A DNA stretch of 64,000 nucleotides from Octopus sinensis (GCF_006345805.1 NC_043013.1:4588001-4652000); one strand, 5' to 3'; shown: positions 35,157 to 48,016, counted from the stretch's first letter. Program-made: numbers and translations. Notes: generated by a model not told the origin, from the sequence alone.

Positions 35157-36220
35157 CAGTTTTCAAAATATTGGTGAAATTTTCATGAGCACTGCAAACA
35201 TTAATTTTCAATGAATTACCAATGTTACCAACATTTCTAGAACATTGAACATTATATTTAGATGCTACTGATATATGTGTTACAATAAAACAGCTTCTCA
35301 GAGACATGGTGGCATTGTTCATGTGAACTCACAATCTGTTGGTAAACTGTTTAGTGGCTGTGTATTCCACCAGTGAAGATGTACAATGTTGTATAGATGG
35401 CCATATCAGCTAGTTATTTCTAGCTGTGTCATGTGCTTTTGCTGGGTCACCACTAGTTGCATGAAGAAGAACTCTAATTTCTGTTTAGAGATTTCTGAAC
35501 AACCAAATATTCCTTATGTAAATCCCCAAACAACTTTTTTGTTACTATGAATGACAAAATATCAATAGAATTTGGAGATAAATGTTCTTGGATAGGTGTG
35601 ATTATAGCAGAAGTCAAAATGTTAGCTGGCCCTTTGTGTTGCAGTAACCATCCATTCATTGTGGTTAGCTGCTGGTCATGCTACCATCTTCAAACGTCTC
35701 TCATTCACAGCCTGATCATTGCTTTTGTGCGGTCAGCTTCGATCAGCTGTTGTATCGGTGTAGCTAAGGTGCACCGAATAAATAGTGATGGTTAGGCTCA
35801 GAAAGAAGTGTGTGCCAAAAGATGAAATTGTAGTTGGAGCTGATTATATACGTAGTTCTTATTGGTCAGGTTTTTGTTCAATGATGTGGGGGGTAATACT
35901 GTAGCAAATTGCGACTCTGGATAAAATGATCTGATAGCTAACTATTTCTGCTACGTTTGTAAAAATGAAGATAATCATCGCTCAAACACCATATTGACGC
36001 CCTAAACAAATGGACAGCATTTTAAAAGTGTATTTAGATTTTATCAGGAAGATTCATTTCTTCAATTAAAAATATTCGATTTCATATGATGAAAACTTTG
36101 TGTGTGTGTATGTTTTTCCTGTGCGAGCTAGTTGTAAAACGTATGCATACACACACTGCTTAGAGGGAGCATTCGTCATAAGATTTAAATTGACAAAATA
36201 ATTTTGGGTTCAATAGCTAA

Positions 36221-36377
36221 CAGTGGCGTAGCAAGTGTCGTCAACCGGGCAACCTTTGAGTTTCCCACCCCTCCTCGTCCATTATACAGGCTTCAACAGG
36301 AGACCAAAAAGTGCCGCCCCCATAAATGCGTCGTCCACGGCAGACCGAGCATCGCGCTTCCTCTAGCTACGCTGCTG
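36221..36377. mobile_element. Short GC-rich MITE
   Basis: CAGTGGCGTAGC ... GCTACGCTGCTG terminal inverted repeats. Confidence 0.6.
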
Positions 36378-37094
36378 TTATCAGTTTTGAAACAATAAAA
36401 ACATTTAAACCAGTTAATTATCATGTACAAGGGTCAGAACATGAATGCTTTGTTAAAGAAAGATAATATAAATTATATTCAGATAAATGCGAAACAAGTC
36501 GAGCTAAACACGAGCTGTTTATACACAAGAAAAAAAGGAAGAGTTAAGTAAAAAACAAATACAACTTATCTTTACGGAGTAACTTCACCTGACCAACTTT
36601 ATAAATCCAATACTATCAGTAAAGGAGAAACAATTACCGACAGGTGGGAAGAGCAACTGAGATGGCGCCTTGTAAGTAGTAAATAATTTGTAATATCTAA
36701 ATGATATAATTTAATATAATAAGTAAAGAATGAAATAGCCTCGGGTATTATTAATGGTAAAGTGTGATTAAGCATATCCAAACATGTCTTTCAAAGTGGC
36801 CAGGTGAAAACGAGGCTTTGACCCCAATGACACTATTGATTCAAGATACGAGTTGACGCTACTCAGCTATGAGTAAGAATATCTCTTTCACGCTTAGGTT
36901 CTTCTTCAATGGTGGCAAAAGGTAAACATTCATTTTACACCGATTACGATAACAGTTTTGCTTCTTTCTCCGTATTCTTTCAAATATTGTTGGGGGGGAA
37001 AAACATTCGTTGCAGTCCGATTAGCCGACAGAGCAATTTCTGAGGTTAATGTTCTTGACGAAGATGACGGAATGTCTGTTGATAATAAAGTGAA

Positions 37095-38147
37095 ATGTTC
37101 ACTTCAAAAAGTCAGCCAAAGTTTGCTACTTTATGTGAGAATAACCACAATATTTGTATGGATGAAGACAAACAGAAAACTCCAGAATACAATATTGATT
37201 CCACACACTCTCTGGATACAATCAACAAATCTAATAGAAAGGCAGTTTCAAACAGTAAAAAACCACACCGGAAAGCATCTTTTAAAAATGTAAAAGACTT
37301 CATGAGCCGAATTGTGATGCGACAACTTCAGCTACAACCTTATGATAGTGAACAGTTTGATTATAGTTGTAACACAAGTCACGATGAGGATGACAAAAGA
37401 TACTTTACTAACTTGAATAGTTGCGGGGATAGTGCGATTGTTTCTGTTGCTACAGTGACACCCATCGGTGATACCCTGCTAAATGTTAAGTATAAAGGCG
37501 ACCAAAATATTTCAGTGATGTCAGCTCCTAAGTCTAACCATAGCAATTCCACTATGGCCAGCAATGTATCATGTAATCCTTCCGCGGTTACACCTCTGTC
37601 AGAGACTAGCGATGGCACTAAATATAAACATTATAACAGTTGCTGTGAATCAACAATCCGCCCACTGCTTACTCACAATAATAATAATAATGGTATAAAT
37701 AGTGATCAAAATATCCGCCATGGAAGACAGAACAAATTTAAGACACCTGTTTGGAATGATACCACTCCTGGAACAGTGGGACTTTATAACCACGGCAACA
37801 CTTGTTTTATGAATGCTGTACTACAATGCATTAGCAACGCAAGTTTTCTTTCTGGATATTTTGTTATGGGACATTACAAAGAAGAACTAAAAAACAACAA
37901 AAATGTTTGTAAAAAGTTCGGATCCAGTGGTGAGGTGACCGAACAATTAGGTATTCTGTTACGAAGCATTTGGTCAGGAAAATACAACCCCGATATTTCT
38001 AGTGATTTCAAAACTGTTATAGGTAAATATAATTCCCAATTTAAAGGATTTAATCAACACGACGCGCAGGAGTTCCTTCTCTGGTTATTGGACCAAGTAC
38101 ACGAGGATCTAAATTTACCTATTAAAAAGAGTAAGAATAATCAACAG
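37095..38147 (+). CDS. USP31: Ubiquitin-specific protease USP31/USP43 family, coding exon 1
   Basis: Cys box GLYNHGNTCFMNAVLQC (catalytic Cys 37803-37805), GEVTEQLG.LLRSIW, QHDAQEFLLWLLDQVHEDLN; donor CAG|GTGAGT at 38148, phase 0. The start codon is uncertain. Confidence 0.92.
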
Positions 38148-40581
38148 GTGAGTAAAAAAAATTTTTTCGTCTGCCTTTTTACTACTGCTACTCCTCACAT
38201 TTTATGCAATGCATTGCGTAAGTTCGAATCCTAACGGAAGTAGCCAGGAATAATCAAAGAAAAATACTTGATGGCTGACAAGAGCTATCTTCCGGTATTG
38301 GTGTCTGTTTGTTTATGTTCCGAGTCCAGCTGTTAATTGCGTAGGACCAGTAAAACAAATACATGTAGTGCGTGATCAGTTTCAATATATTTGAGATTAT
38401 GTTTTGCTTCCTTATCACTTTCGATGTTCGTTTCCTTCACAAGAAAAGCTGTGTTCAGCAGCCCTTGAAGTAGTTGTTTAACCCCCAATATCAAAGGCAT
38501 TCTAACGCAGGATTACTTTAATCCAGTGACCGTAGGGTGTGATTTGAGGGAGATTTGACTTTTATTTCTAGTAGATTGAACGCCTGCGTACGAGCTTTCT
38601 TAAGCCTTGGTTAGCCCTGATCGAGCAGATCTATAATTAAGTAATTAAGGATATGTAAGGTATGGCTGGGTTTTTTTTAAGTAATTAAGGATATGTAAGG
38701 TATGGCTGGGTTTATCCTTATAGTAACGAAAAGAAACAAAGCGGGTCAAGACGAAAAAATACGTAACATAAAGAATCTTTCACTTTTCCCATCTGTCGTA
38801 ATTAGTATCCATCAATCCGTTGTAGGAAAAACAAACTTGCAGCATCTATACTTAAATAAAACAGCTTTATTGAGATATATCGGATTAAACGAGTCGCTTA
38901 CTTAAATTGGGTTGTTATTGTGTTTAAGTCACGAATATTGTCAATTAACAAACGAACATTTGTTTATGTTAACTATTATTATTTATGGTATTAAAATGAA
39001 ATTCTGAGACACCTCACAGTCGGTTTCGTAATTAGGATTTATTGCTACTTTCTATTCTTTAATTAATGGTTTTACAAATATACAGTTGTTTTGTTTCGGG
39101 GCTTTATTTTTTTTTTTTGTCCTTTTCGTCCGACTTCGTTTAATAATAATATGTATTATTAAAAAAATCTATAAAGATTTTTTTAATAATACATATTTTT
39201 TATTAAAAAAATTTCAAGATAATTTTCGAAGGTATTGACGATGACAACAACTTTTTTTAAGCAAAAAGAAAAGAAATCCGTACATTTTACACCATTCAAC
39301 AACTTATGTATGATAATTGCACACACGCTCACAATCTATTAATTGGATTGTTGTTTATTATCAACATGAAAATTGAAGGCACGATAAAAAAAATTAAAAT
39401 AAATAGATTATCAGCCTACAATACAAATCGGAAATATTCAGTAATAATCTATCGATTTGTAGCAGGTGATTCATAAACCAAGTTATTGAATAGTCAAAAT
39501 GGTATGAACTTCTTTTCTCTTTGAGTAAAAGAGAAAATTAACGGGGGGGAAAAAATTTCATTGGCATAATCGTTACCTAAACCTTCGAAAACGTATACGA
39601 AAAGATACATTAGGTAAAAAAATACATTTTTAAAAGTTATGACGAAACCAAGTAAGCAGTGGGGGGCACCTGACTGTAGATATACGCTTTTAGTTTGTTT
39701 TTTGTTAAGTTTTGTTTTTACCAAATATATTTCATTTGTGTTCTAAATGTATAAATATATATATTAGCTTCTGTAATGTAATTTTTCCATTCTTAATCAA
39801 TTGAAACAGTATGTTCAATGTTCAGAAAGTGAAACAGTATAATTTATTTCATCATTTTGAAAACTATAGTTTCTTTTTTAACAAGATATTTGTTTTCCTT
39901 ATTCATTTAATAATAAGCGTTTATAAAGCATTTGGTTGAGATTTTTTTTTATATCGTTAAGTGTAGATTCTTAATCTCCTAAACCATATAAATTTCAAGA
40001 TCATTTTCTTTAAAATGGTCTAATAGGAGGAGATGGGGTTAAAAAATCGGTAAATCTATGGTTTAACAAACAAATGCTGACACATCATTTAACAGTTTCG
40101 GTTTTCTCCTAAACACTTTACTTGTTTAGGAATTTGAGCTTAGATTATTTCAAAGCAAATAAAAGTCCCAGACTGTCTTTGTATACCGTAATCATTGTTA
40201 AAAACCACACGTTTTAAATTTTGCAATGAACAAAATGTATTTTTACAGCAAAAGCATTTCACTTTCATAATCGTGTATACCGCGTTACTTTCACTTCCTG
40301 TCGGACAGGAATTTTTATTAGTAGATATACTGCGACCAGCTTTTTGTCATTGGCATAGGTCTTTTACCATTGTGCCTTTTGTGTATGTTTTAATGTTGTT
40401 CACATTTCTTATTCCTGAGTCTGTGTTCTTTCGCTTTACCCTTTAGGTGAGTGGTATGTATTTACTTGTCTTACAGGAATATGACCAACGTCAATAGAAA
40501 TTTATGGAATTACAAAATGTTCAAAATTCAAAACCAGGCAGACGTTGCATGTATTTCTACACATGCAAACACACACACTTG

Positions 40582-40937
40582 TCATCATCATTTAACGTCC
40601 GTTGTCAGACGGGATGACTGGAGCTCATGAGCGGGAGAGCTGCACCAGGTTCCAGTTTGATTTGGTATGGTTTCTACAGCAGGACGGCCTTCCTAACACC
40701 AACCACTCCAGGAGTGTAATGGGTGCTTTTACATGCCACCGGCGAAGGTGTCATTTACATGACACTACGATTCATAGGTGGGTACCATTTACATGTCACT
40801 GTCAACGACCACAACTATGATCCATGGGTGGATTGCCAAAACAGTCACACAAGTATGGTGCAGGCTTTGGACTGGCCAGCTTTTGTGGTACTGTCCCACC
40901 CTTGCTAGCATGGAACACAGGTTAAATGATGATGATG

Positions 40938-40972
<35 letters not shown>

Positions 40973-41450
40973 AGATATGTTGTGACTGCGAAGACCCAAC
41001 AAATAACATGAGTTCATGGCTGTTTCCTGCACCAGCTTCACATAGAAGCCCCAGCCCATCCAAAGTGCCCTGGATCACAGGACGGCCTGCTGTGCTTACC
41101 TTGTATCATAGGATGACCTGCTGTGCTTGAGGTGACCTATTGAGTCAAGTACATCAACATCAAAAAATCAAATGGAAATTGTAGTTGCGATACCTGTGCA
41201 GGTGGCACGTAAAAAGCACCAACCGATTGTGGGCGTTACCTGCCTCCCCTGGCACCTGTGCTGGTGGCACGTAAAAAGCACCCACTACACTCATGGAGTG
41301 GTTGGCATTAGGGAGGGCATCCAGCTGTAGAAACACTGCCAGATCAGACTGGAGCCTGGTGCAGCCTCCTGGCTTCCCAGACCCCGGTCAAACCATCCAA
41401 CCCATGCTAGCATGGAAAACGGACGTTAAACGATGATGCTGATGATGATA
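40582..41450. mobile_element. Family C elements (inverted copy 40582-40745, tail at about 40870-40935, longer forward copy 40990-41450)
   Basis: (CAT)n/(GAT)n tails and GGCACGTAAAAAGCAC repeats. Confidence 0.75.
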
Positions 41451-41599
41451 TATATAAGTAAAAATTTAGATTCTGATGAATTAGGTACTTAAGTTGAGGC
41501 ACCAGAATATAATACGGTATTAGCCATACAGTTTCAAAGTAAGGTGATTAAAATCAAAATAAGCAACAGGATATCCAGAGGTAATGCAGTACGGTCGTT

Positions 41600-43390
41600 T
41601 CAAGTGACTCCATTTAATTGAATAATGCAACCATTACATCAATTTAAATGCAGAGCAATCCTCAGCTGCATATGCGACCTTATTGGACTATTCCACTCGA
41701 TACGTTGGGCAAGACTTTTCCTGGCGTATACTTCACCATTTATGAAGATGATGCCCTATCTTTAACCGCAAATACCAGTGGACCAGCACAGGATTGGTTT
41801 AGGAAGGACATTATCCATTTGATGAAAGCTTTCAGTCTTAACATAACCACAGATACCAACCTAATGGTTGTCAATTTCCTTGATGTATCCTAAGATCTAA
41901 ATAAGAATATTTATAAACCTTATAGGAGACCCAATGATAGACTTAGTTATATTAATGTAGGTTCCAAAGAATTTCTAGCCTCTTCTCCGATAGGGACATT
42001 TTTAATAGTGTTGCCCCAGTATATAAGGCTCTAAAAGATAGTGGATTTAATGAGGAAATAACCTATACACCTAGCACCAGACCAATAATAAAGAAGAGGA
42101 AACAGGAATAGGAAAACTATCTGGTTCACACTCACCTGAAGTGACCTTTAATATAGGCAAGTATTTCTTAGCACTGATAGACATTTTCCAGTCAACCATA
42201 CTTACAGAAAGCTCCTTAATAGACATAACTACTAATTTTAAAAATATAATCGCACACAACACACAAAAACCACAATATGAAACCAGCTGTTCTCTCTCTC
42301 TATCCGCTCAGTCGAGGTCGACTCTCGGTCACTCGTTGGATCAGTGTCCTCCAGTCAGTTCTATCCTGGGCCGCTTCCTTCAGATTGGCCATGTCCATTC
42401 CGGTATCACTCCTGATGGTGTCAAGCCAGCGGGTTCTTGGTCGGCCTCTTCCTCTCTTGCCACTGACCATTCCGAGCATGATGTCCTTCTTCAGGGATTT
42501 TCTCCGCATAATATGACCGAAATATGCCAATCTACACTTGGTGATCCCAGCTTCTTGTGACATTTTTGGCCTTATCTGCTTAAGAACTTCTCCATTGGTG
42601 AGCCTCGCTGTTCATGCAGGGATAAAAATTTGTGCCCACTAAATGGAGCTTGCATGTCCAAGACCATCATTTATGAAGACACCGTGGACTCTATATTCAC
42701 TAAGAACACAGTTTCGATGAAGAAATACATGGGCCTTACAGAGGGTAATTTCAAGGCCAGGTTCAGTAATCGCACCTTGAACTTCAGGCACCGGGATAAA
42801 AGGAAAATGACCAAATTATCCAGTCATATATGGTCCTTAAAAGATAAAGGTTTCAGTTACAAGATCCATTGGAAGATCTTAGCCAAGTGTAAGCCCTACA
42901 CCAACGGCAATGGAAGGTGCAGTCTTTGTGATATGGAAAGATAGCTCATCAGAAAGGGCAGCTTACACCCAACCACATGTCTAAATTCAAGAACTGAACT
43001 TTTCGGATCATGTCCATATGTGGCTAAATATTTGTTACGTTTTTGCTCCCCCTGAGATTACAGATAGGACTTGCTTTCTCTATTGTGTCCATATACAAGC
43101 ATTTTATCTCTCTATACTTTTTATTTATATTTCTTATATATTTTTTAATATATTTATAGAGATATTGGTTTATAGTTTTATTGTCTGGCAGTTGCCATGA
43201 TAGATCGGTAGCCACTACACACATTTTTTTCTCTCCTTCTCTCCTTGTTTCTTTCTGTGTTCCTTTCTGTAGAAGAGCATAGGCTCGAAATGTAAAAGAC
43301 TTTTTCTATTCCTGAGCGTTATACTAATACATCTGTTTGTTGTCTACACCACCTGCTTTCGTCTTTTGTTTTTTTGTGATATTTTTCCTA
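41600..43390 (+). mobile_element. Penelope-like retroelement remnant (RT, GIY-YIG endonuclease, terminal repeat)
   Basis: RT remnant CDLIGLF..TLGKTF...YEDDAL...NLMVVNFLDV; endonuclease CPLNGACMSKTIIY...KYMGLTEGNFKARF..H...LSSHIWSLK...WKIL..CKPY...CSLC. Confidence 0.85.
42293..42606 (-). mobile_element. BovB-like RTE 3' fragment inserted in the Penelope element
   Basis: TSD GCTGTTC (42286-42292 and 42607-42613); ORF LAYFGHIMRR.SL.KDIMLG...GKRGRGRPRTRWLD...WRTLIQRVTESRPRLSG*. Confidence 0.85.
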
Positions 43391-43399
43391 ATATCTTGA

Positions 43400-43985
43400 C
43401 AATGTTTGTATTGGAGCTTCTGGCGTGAATGCCAAACTGTACAGCATGTTGTTTCCAAATGTCTGGCAGGGTGAACGAACTGTGGTCAACGAGCGAGTGC
43501 GATGGCGGTGGTCGCCACAAAAACGACGACGACTCACGCCAAGGCGGAGATGCCGGGAGAAGAAGAAGAAGAAGAAACGGTACGACAATATTCGTCGAGG
43601 CGGCGATGCAGCGAAACCCGGAGTTGAAACCACGGTTCTGTCCGGGAAGAAGGGACAGACACGGCACCGCTCTCTTTCGGTGACGCTGCGTCGCCTGTGG
43701 CAGAACGGAAAGCGACGACTAGCCTGTCCGCCACGCCAGCGGTGACGCAACACGAGGTCAGCGGCGTAACCTGACCGGGTCCTCGGCTGCGAAGACGAGG
43801 CCGGGGGTCGGAGGCGAGGCGCGAGAAAATGTGGAAACGAAAAGAAAAAAAAAGAGTTTGATTGCAAGAGGACGAACCTACGAGCGTTGAAAGGCGGGCG
43901 GCGGCGACTCAGAGACACGCCAGCCGTGTAGAGTCGATCTTGCACCGGTAAGCGGGGAGATAGCCGAAGGCAGACGTCATGGTGC
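43400..43985. other. GC/CpG-rich island of unresolved origin in USP31 intron 1
   Basis: Abrupt switch from AT-rich to GC-rich sequence with many CpG; overlapping stop-poor frames; no recognised domain. Confidence 0.7.
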
Positions 43986-44711
43986 TGTTTTTCTCACAGA
44001 CAGTGCCCAACTGACTCTACTATACTGTGCAGTCAAAAAAATCAAAAACAACAATGGACATGTGTGAAATAAAAAATATAAAATGGCGACAATTTACCCA
44101 TTGTACCTATACACTTTGGGACCTTATGGCTTAGAGTTTGTTCACACAGTGTGGATACTTGGCTGCTGTCTTCTATGGTCATGCATTGAGCAGTGCCTTG
44201 TGAGTGAAATTTGGCTAATTGAAATTGGAAGACACCTATATGTGAGTGTCTGGTATTATTTTTCCTTTCTTGACAAGTTGTGAACAAAGTAAGCCAACAC
44301 ATAAAGAATGTCATTATTGACAATCTTGCATGAAAGCCTGTCTGGCTTTGAGCTGTCGCATTGTAGGAAGGAATAGGAGAAATATTGCCTTACTTGGAAA
44401 CAGATAAAGGTTGGCAATAGGAAGAGCATCTTACTGTAGAAAATGCCTACCTCAACATTTTTGTCTGACTCATACAAGCTTGGCAATATAGGAATTAAAA
44501 CTTTAATGATGATGATGTGTCGTGTGTAGGTAGATGGATGGATGAATAATTGACATTTTACTGCTAATAATATACTCACTCCATCCACTCCATTGCTGTT
44601 GATAATCAGAATTTGTACTGTTGTTCCTTGCTCAGAAGAAGTTTGGCTGAGGCTCTTTTCTGTATTGCATACAACAAACATCAACTCACCTCTGTTTAAG
44701 CATCACTTGAT

Positions 44712-44985
44712 CTTTCTCTCATTGTACTGTTGTTAGTTAGTTAGTTAGTTAATTTGGCTCAAAAGCAAATAGCAAGGCCATGTAGGGGGACATGGAGTTA
44801 AGTACAGGGTGGTGTTCATGTAAAGAGTTCAGGCCACTTGAGGTCAAGGGAGGCTTTGAACAAAGCGGTCATCGGCATCTTCACCATCTCGTCTGGCAGC
44901 TTGTTCCACGGATCCGCAACCCGGACGGAGAAAGCTCCTCTCCTTCGATTGAGATGAAATCATCGGCTCTAAAGATTTGACCTGG
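44712..44985 (-). mobile_element. CR1-clade LINE 3' fragment
   Basis: Minus strand RGAFSVRVADPWNKLPDEMVKMP..ALFKASLD; (TAAC)n tail. Confidence 0.85.
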
Positions 44986-45099
44986 GAAGGAAATGGGAAT
45001 TTCCAGTGAATGAGTGGGTTGATTGGTATCCGACTTCTTCATATGAAATTTGTAATGATAGCCCGTTGACACTAGAAACTTGCAGACATTTAATATTTC

Positions 45100-45880
45100 A
45101 CCTTTGGCGTTAGGAAGGGCATCCAGCTGTAGAAACACTGCCAGATCAGACTGGAGCCTGGTGCAGCCTTCTGTCTTCCCAGATCCTCAGTTGAACCGTC
45201 CAACCCATGCCAGCATGGAGAACGGACGTTAAACGATGATGATGATGATCAAGCAATTGAGGTAATTAGCATGAGGGATAAGATCATCAGGCTTAAGTTA
45301 GTTATTGACATTGATCTCTGTGTACGCACTACAACCAGGACTGGCTGCTCAGTAGAAGGTACACTTCTCTGAGGTCCTTTCACTTACTGACTCAATCACG
45401 AATGACAGGTGAATTCAGTGGGTATGTTGGGTATCACCATCATGGTTTCCAAAGTGTGCATAGAGGCTATAGGTATAGTACTAGAAGAGAAGAGAGATTG
45501 AGTATTCAGGAGTTTGGCAATGCAAAAGACCTAACCATTTGCAACATTAACTTTAGGAAACCTACCAGTTCTCTGATCATTTACCAATCATGTAAATACA
45601 CAAATCAGATTCACTCCAACTTCATTGTCTTCAGAAAACAGAGTAAACAGATGGCTTTGAATACTAAGTCTGTCCCTAGAGAAGAAGCATAGTGTTAGAG
45701 ATTACTAATTTCAAAATGAGAGCTACACTTTTCCAGAGACTCAAGATAATGTAGAGAAGAAAGATATGGAAGGTTACGGAGCCATCAAACAGGGAGAGAT
45801 TCAGAGACGTATTACTTAGCACATGTGATTTGAAGGAAGTGAGAGAGAAAGAGTGAGGTGTATATATGAAAAGATCTCTT
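45100..45880 (+). mobile_element. Family C tail followed by a degenerate RTE endonuclease-region fragment
   Basis: 45100-45250 family C; GYRYSTR.EERLSIQEFG.AKDLTICNINFRKP.S.LI.Y.S. Confidence 0.7.
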
Positions 45881-45919
45881 GGGATCAACTGAGTTTTACT
45901 TTGGTTTATTTGTTTTCTG

Positions 45920-46336
45920 GGATCTTTTCGGTTTGAACGGCAGTTTTTAACATAATTTCTAGGTAACTAAAAAATTTTAAACTTCGTATACTGGTAGAAT
46001 GTGTTTATAAAACATCTTTTTCTCTTGGCTTTATTGAGAAAATTCTATAGTTTGTAAGATATTTGTTGTTTTTTTTCTTCAATTTCTGCAATTTCAACCA
46101 ATCACTGACATCTATTGAGGTAAAAAAAAAACATTCTGTGCCATATGAATATGTCCCTTGTTTAAGAAACAGATTGGGTTTATTTACATTTGTGAAGAAA
46201 AAAAAGATACCCTTCTCCCCACCCCTAACCCTAACCCTAAAACAGATTGAAATGCAATAGATCGATACTAGGGTCATAATTATGGGTGACAATTTCATAT
46301 GACACCGCTAGAAAAAACTGCCATTCAAACCGAAAA
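45920..46336. mobile_element. Merlin-like MITE, longer copy
   Basis: TSD GTTTTCTG (45912-45919 and 46337-46344); the right TIR lacks its last 5 nt; contains CCCTAACCCTAACCCTAA. Confidence 0.8.
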
Positions 46337-46980
46337 GTTTTCTGTTTTATCTGTCAAGTATTTGTTTATTTTCTTGGTTGTTTATTTCGTATGTAGGGTG
46401 AAGCTGGGGGCTGTATTTGTCATAGATTGTGTGTAATTTTAAGTATGTGGTCCATTGTATTGTGCGTAAATGTGTCCATATACAGAGTTATGGTTGTGTA
46501 TATGTGTCATTGTACCATAGTGTATATGTATGTCTATGTTTGTGCATTGTTCCTGGTATGTATATATGTATGTACATACGTATATATATGTATGTGCTTG
46601 CCATTATAAATTGTAAATATGTTAGTCACTGCATGTCTATTAAGGATTGACATTAATTTCTTGTATGCCATCTTATAGTTTGTTTTGACTTGATTGTAAC
46701 CTAGATTATCTAGTATTTATCATTAATGGGTTTTAAATCTGATAGCTCTGAACAGTATTTTGTTACGTTGTCTTAATTTATATATTTATTTTATTACATC
46801 TCCACTTGTACTTATTTTACTTATTTTTTATTTATTCTATTGTTTTATTATTGTTATCTTTTTATACACAATATTTGATTCTTACTTTGTATATTATATA
46901 TTTTTTTCAGTTTAGGTTTTGATTTTTTTTTTTATATAATTTCCAGATATATAAAAGTAACATTAAAGACTTATTATATA

Positions 46981-47392
46981 TTTACTCTTTTACTCTTTTA
47001 CTTGTTTCAGTCATTTGACTGCGGCCATGCTGGAGCACCGCCTTTAATCAAGCAACTCGACCTCGGGACTTATTCTTTTGTAAGCCCAGTACTTATTCTA
47101 TCGGTCTCTTTTGCCAAACCGCTAAGTAACGGGGACATAAACACACCAGCATCGGTTGTCAAGCAATGCTAGGGGAACAAACACAGACACAAAAACATAC
47201 ACACACACATATATATATACATATACATATATACGACAGGCTTCTTTCAGTTTCCGTCTACCAAATCCACTCACAAGGCTTTGGTCGGCCCGAGGCTATA
47301 GTAGAAGACACTTGCCCAAGGTGCCACGCAGCGGGATTGAACCCGGAACCATGTGGTTGGTAAGCAAGTTACTTACCACACAGCCACTCCTG
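46981..47392 (-). mobile_element. SINE family B
   Basis: Full-length; head-to-head with 47813-48237. Confidence 0.9.
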
Positions 47393-47812
47393 CTTGCTGA
47401 TGAAATAGTTTTATGATTACATAAATTATTGAAAGGAACATGCATATGAAGGCTTGTCTGTCACCCACTGTTTATATACCTGATCTCATTCCTTATACTG
47501 TGAATCTCTCTTGTACTCACCCACACACTCTTACCTCTCTGTCACCTTACCTCTCTGACCCATTCCTATTTAATTACATCGTTATTTTATTCTCAATTCT
47601 TGCTTCAACTGGCAAAATAAGAACCAAGCAAGTCCCCTCACTGATTTCACTGCTGATTTGCTATGAATTTGCATCATTGTAGTAGATTCTGTATCAAAGT
47701 ACTGAATACTTTTATCATTGTGTAACATTAATTGCAACAATTATTGGCAAATTTTCAGGTTTTCACATGCACGAAAATTTCTAATTAAGTTATGTGAAAT
47801 ATTTTAAATACT

Positions 47813-47980
47813 AGGCACAGGAGTGGCTGTGTGGTAAGTAGCTTGTTTACCAACCACATGGTTCCGGGTTCAGTCCCACTGTGTGGCACCTTGGGCAAGT
47901 GTCTTCTACTATAGCCTCGGGCCGACCAAAGCCTTCTGAGTGGATTTGGTAGACGGAAACTGAAAGAAGCCCGTCGTATG

Positions 47981-48016
<36 letters not shown>

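Noticed and set aside
35300-35830. Possible degenerate transposase/helicase on the minus strand
   Set aside because: Only vague motif resemblance; many stops and no diagnostic residues.
38148-38234. C-terminal extension of the 379-aa ORF, and likewise 48680-48958 and 55704-55923
   Set aside because: Read-through past consensus GT donors into introns.
43388-43945. 185-aa minus-strand ORF as a real gene
   Set aside because: Stop-poor because of high GC; Arg/Ser/Phe low-complexity content, with several overlapping frames equally open.
46220-46241. (CCCTAA)3 as an interstitial telomere or fusion site
   Set aside because: Only three units, and internal to a MITE.
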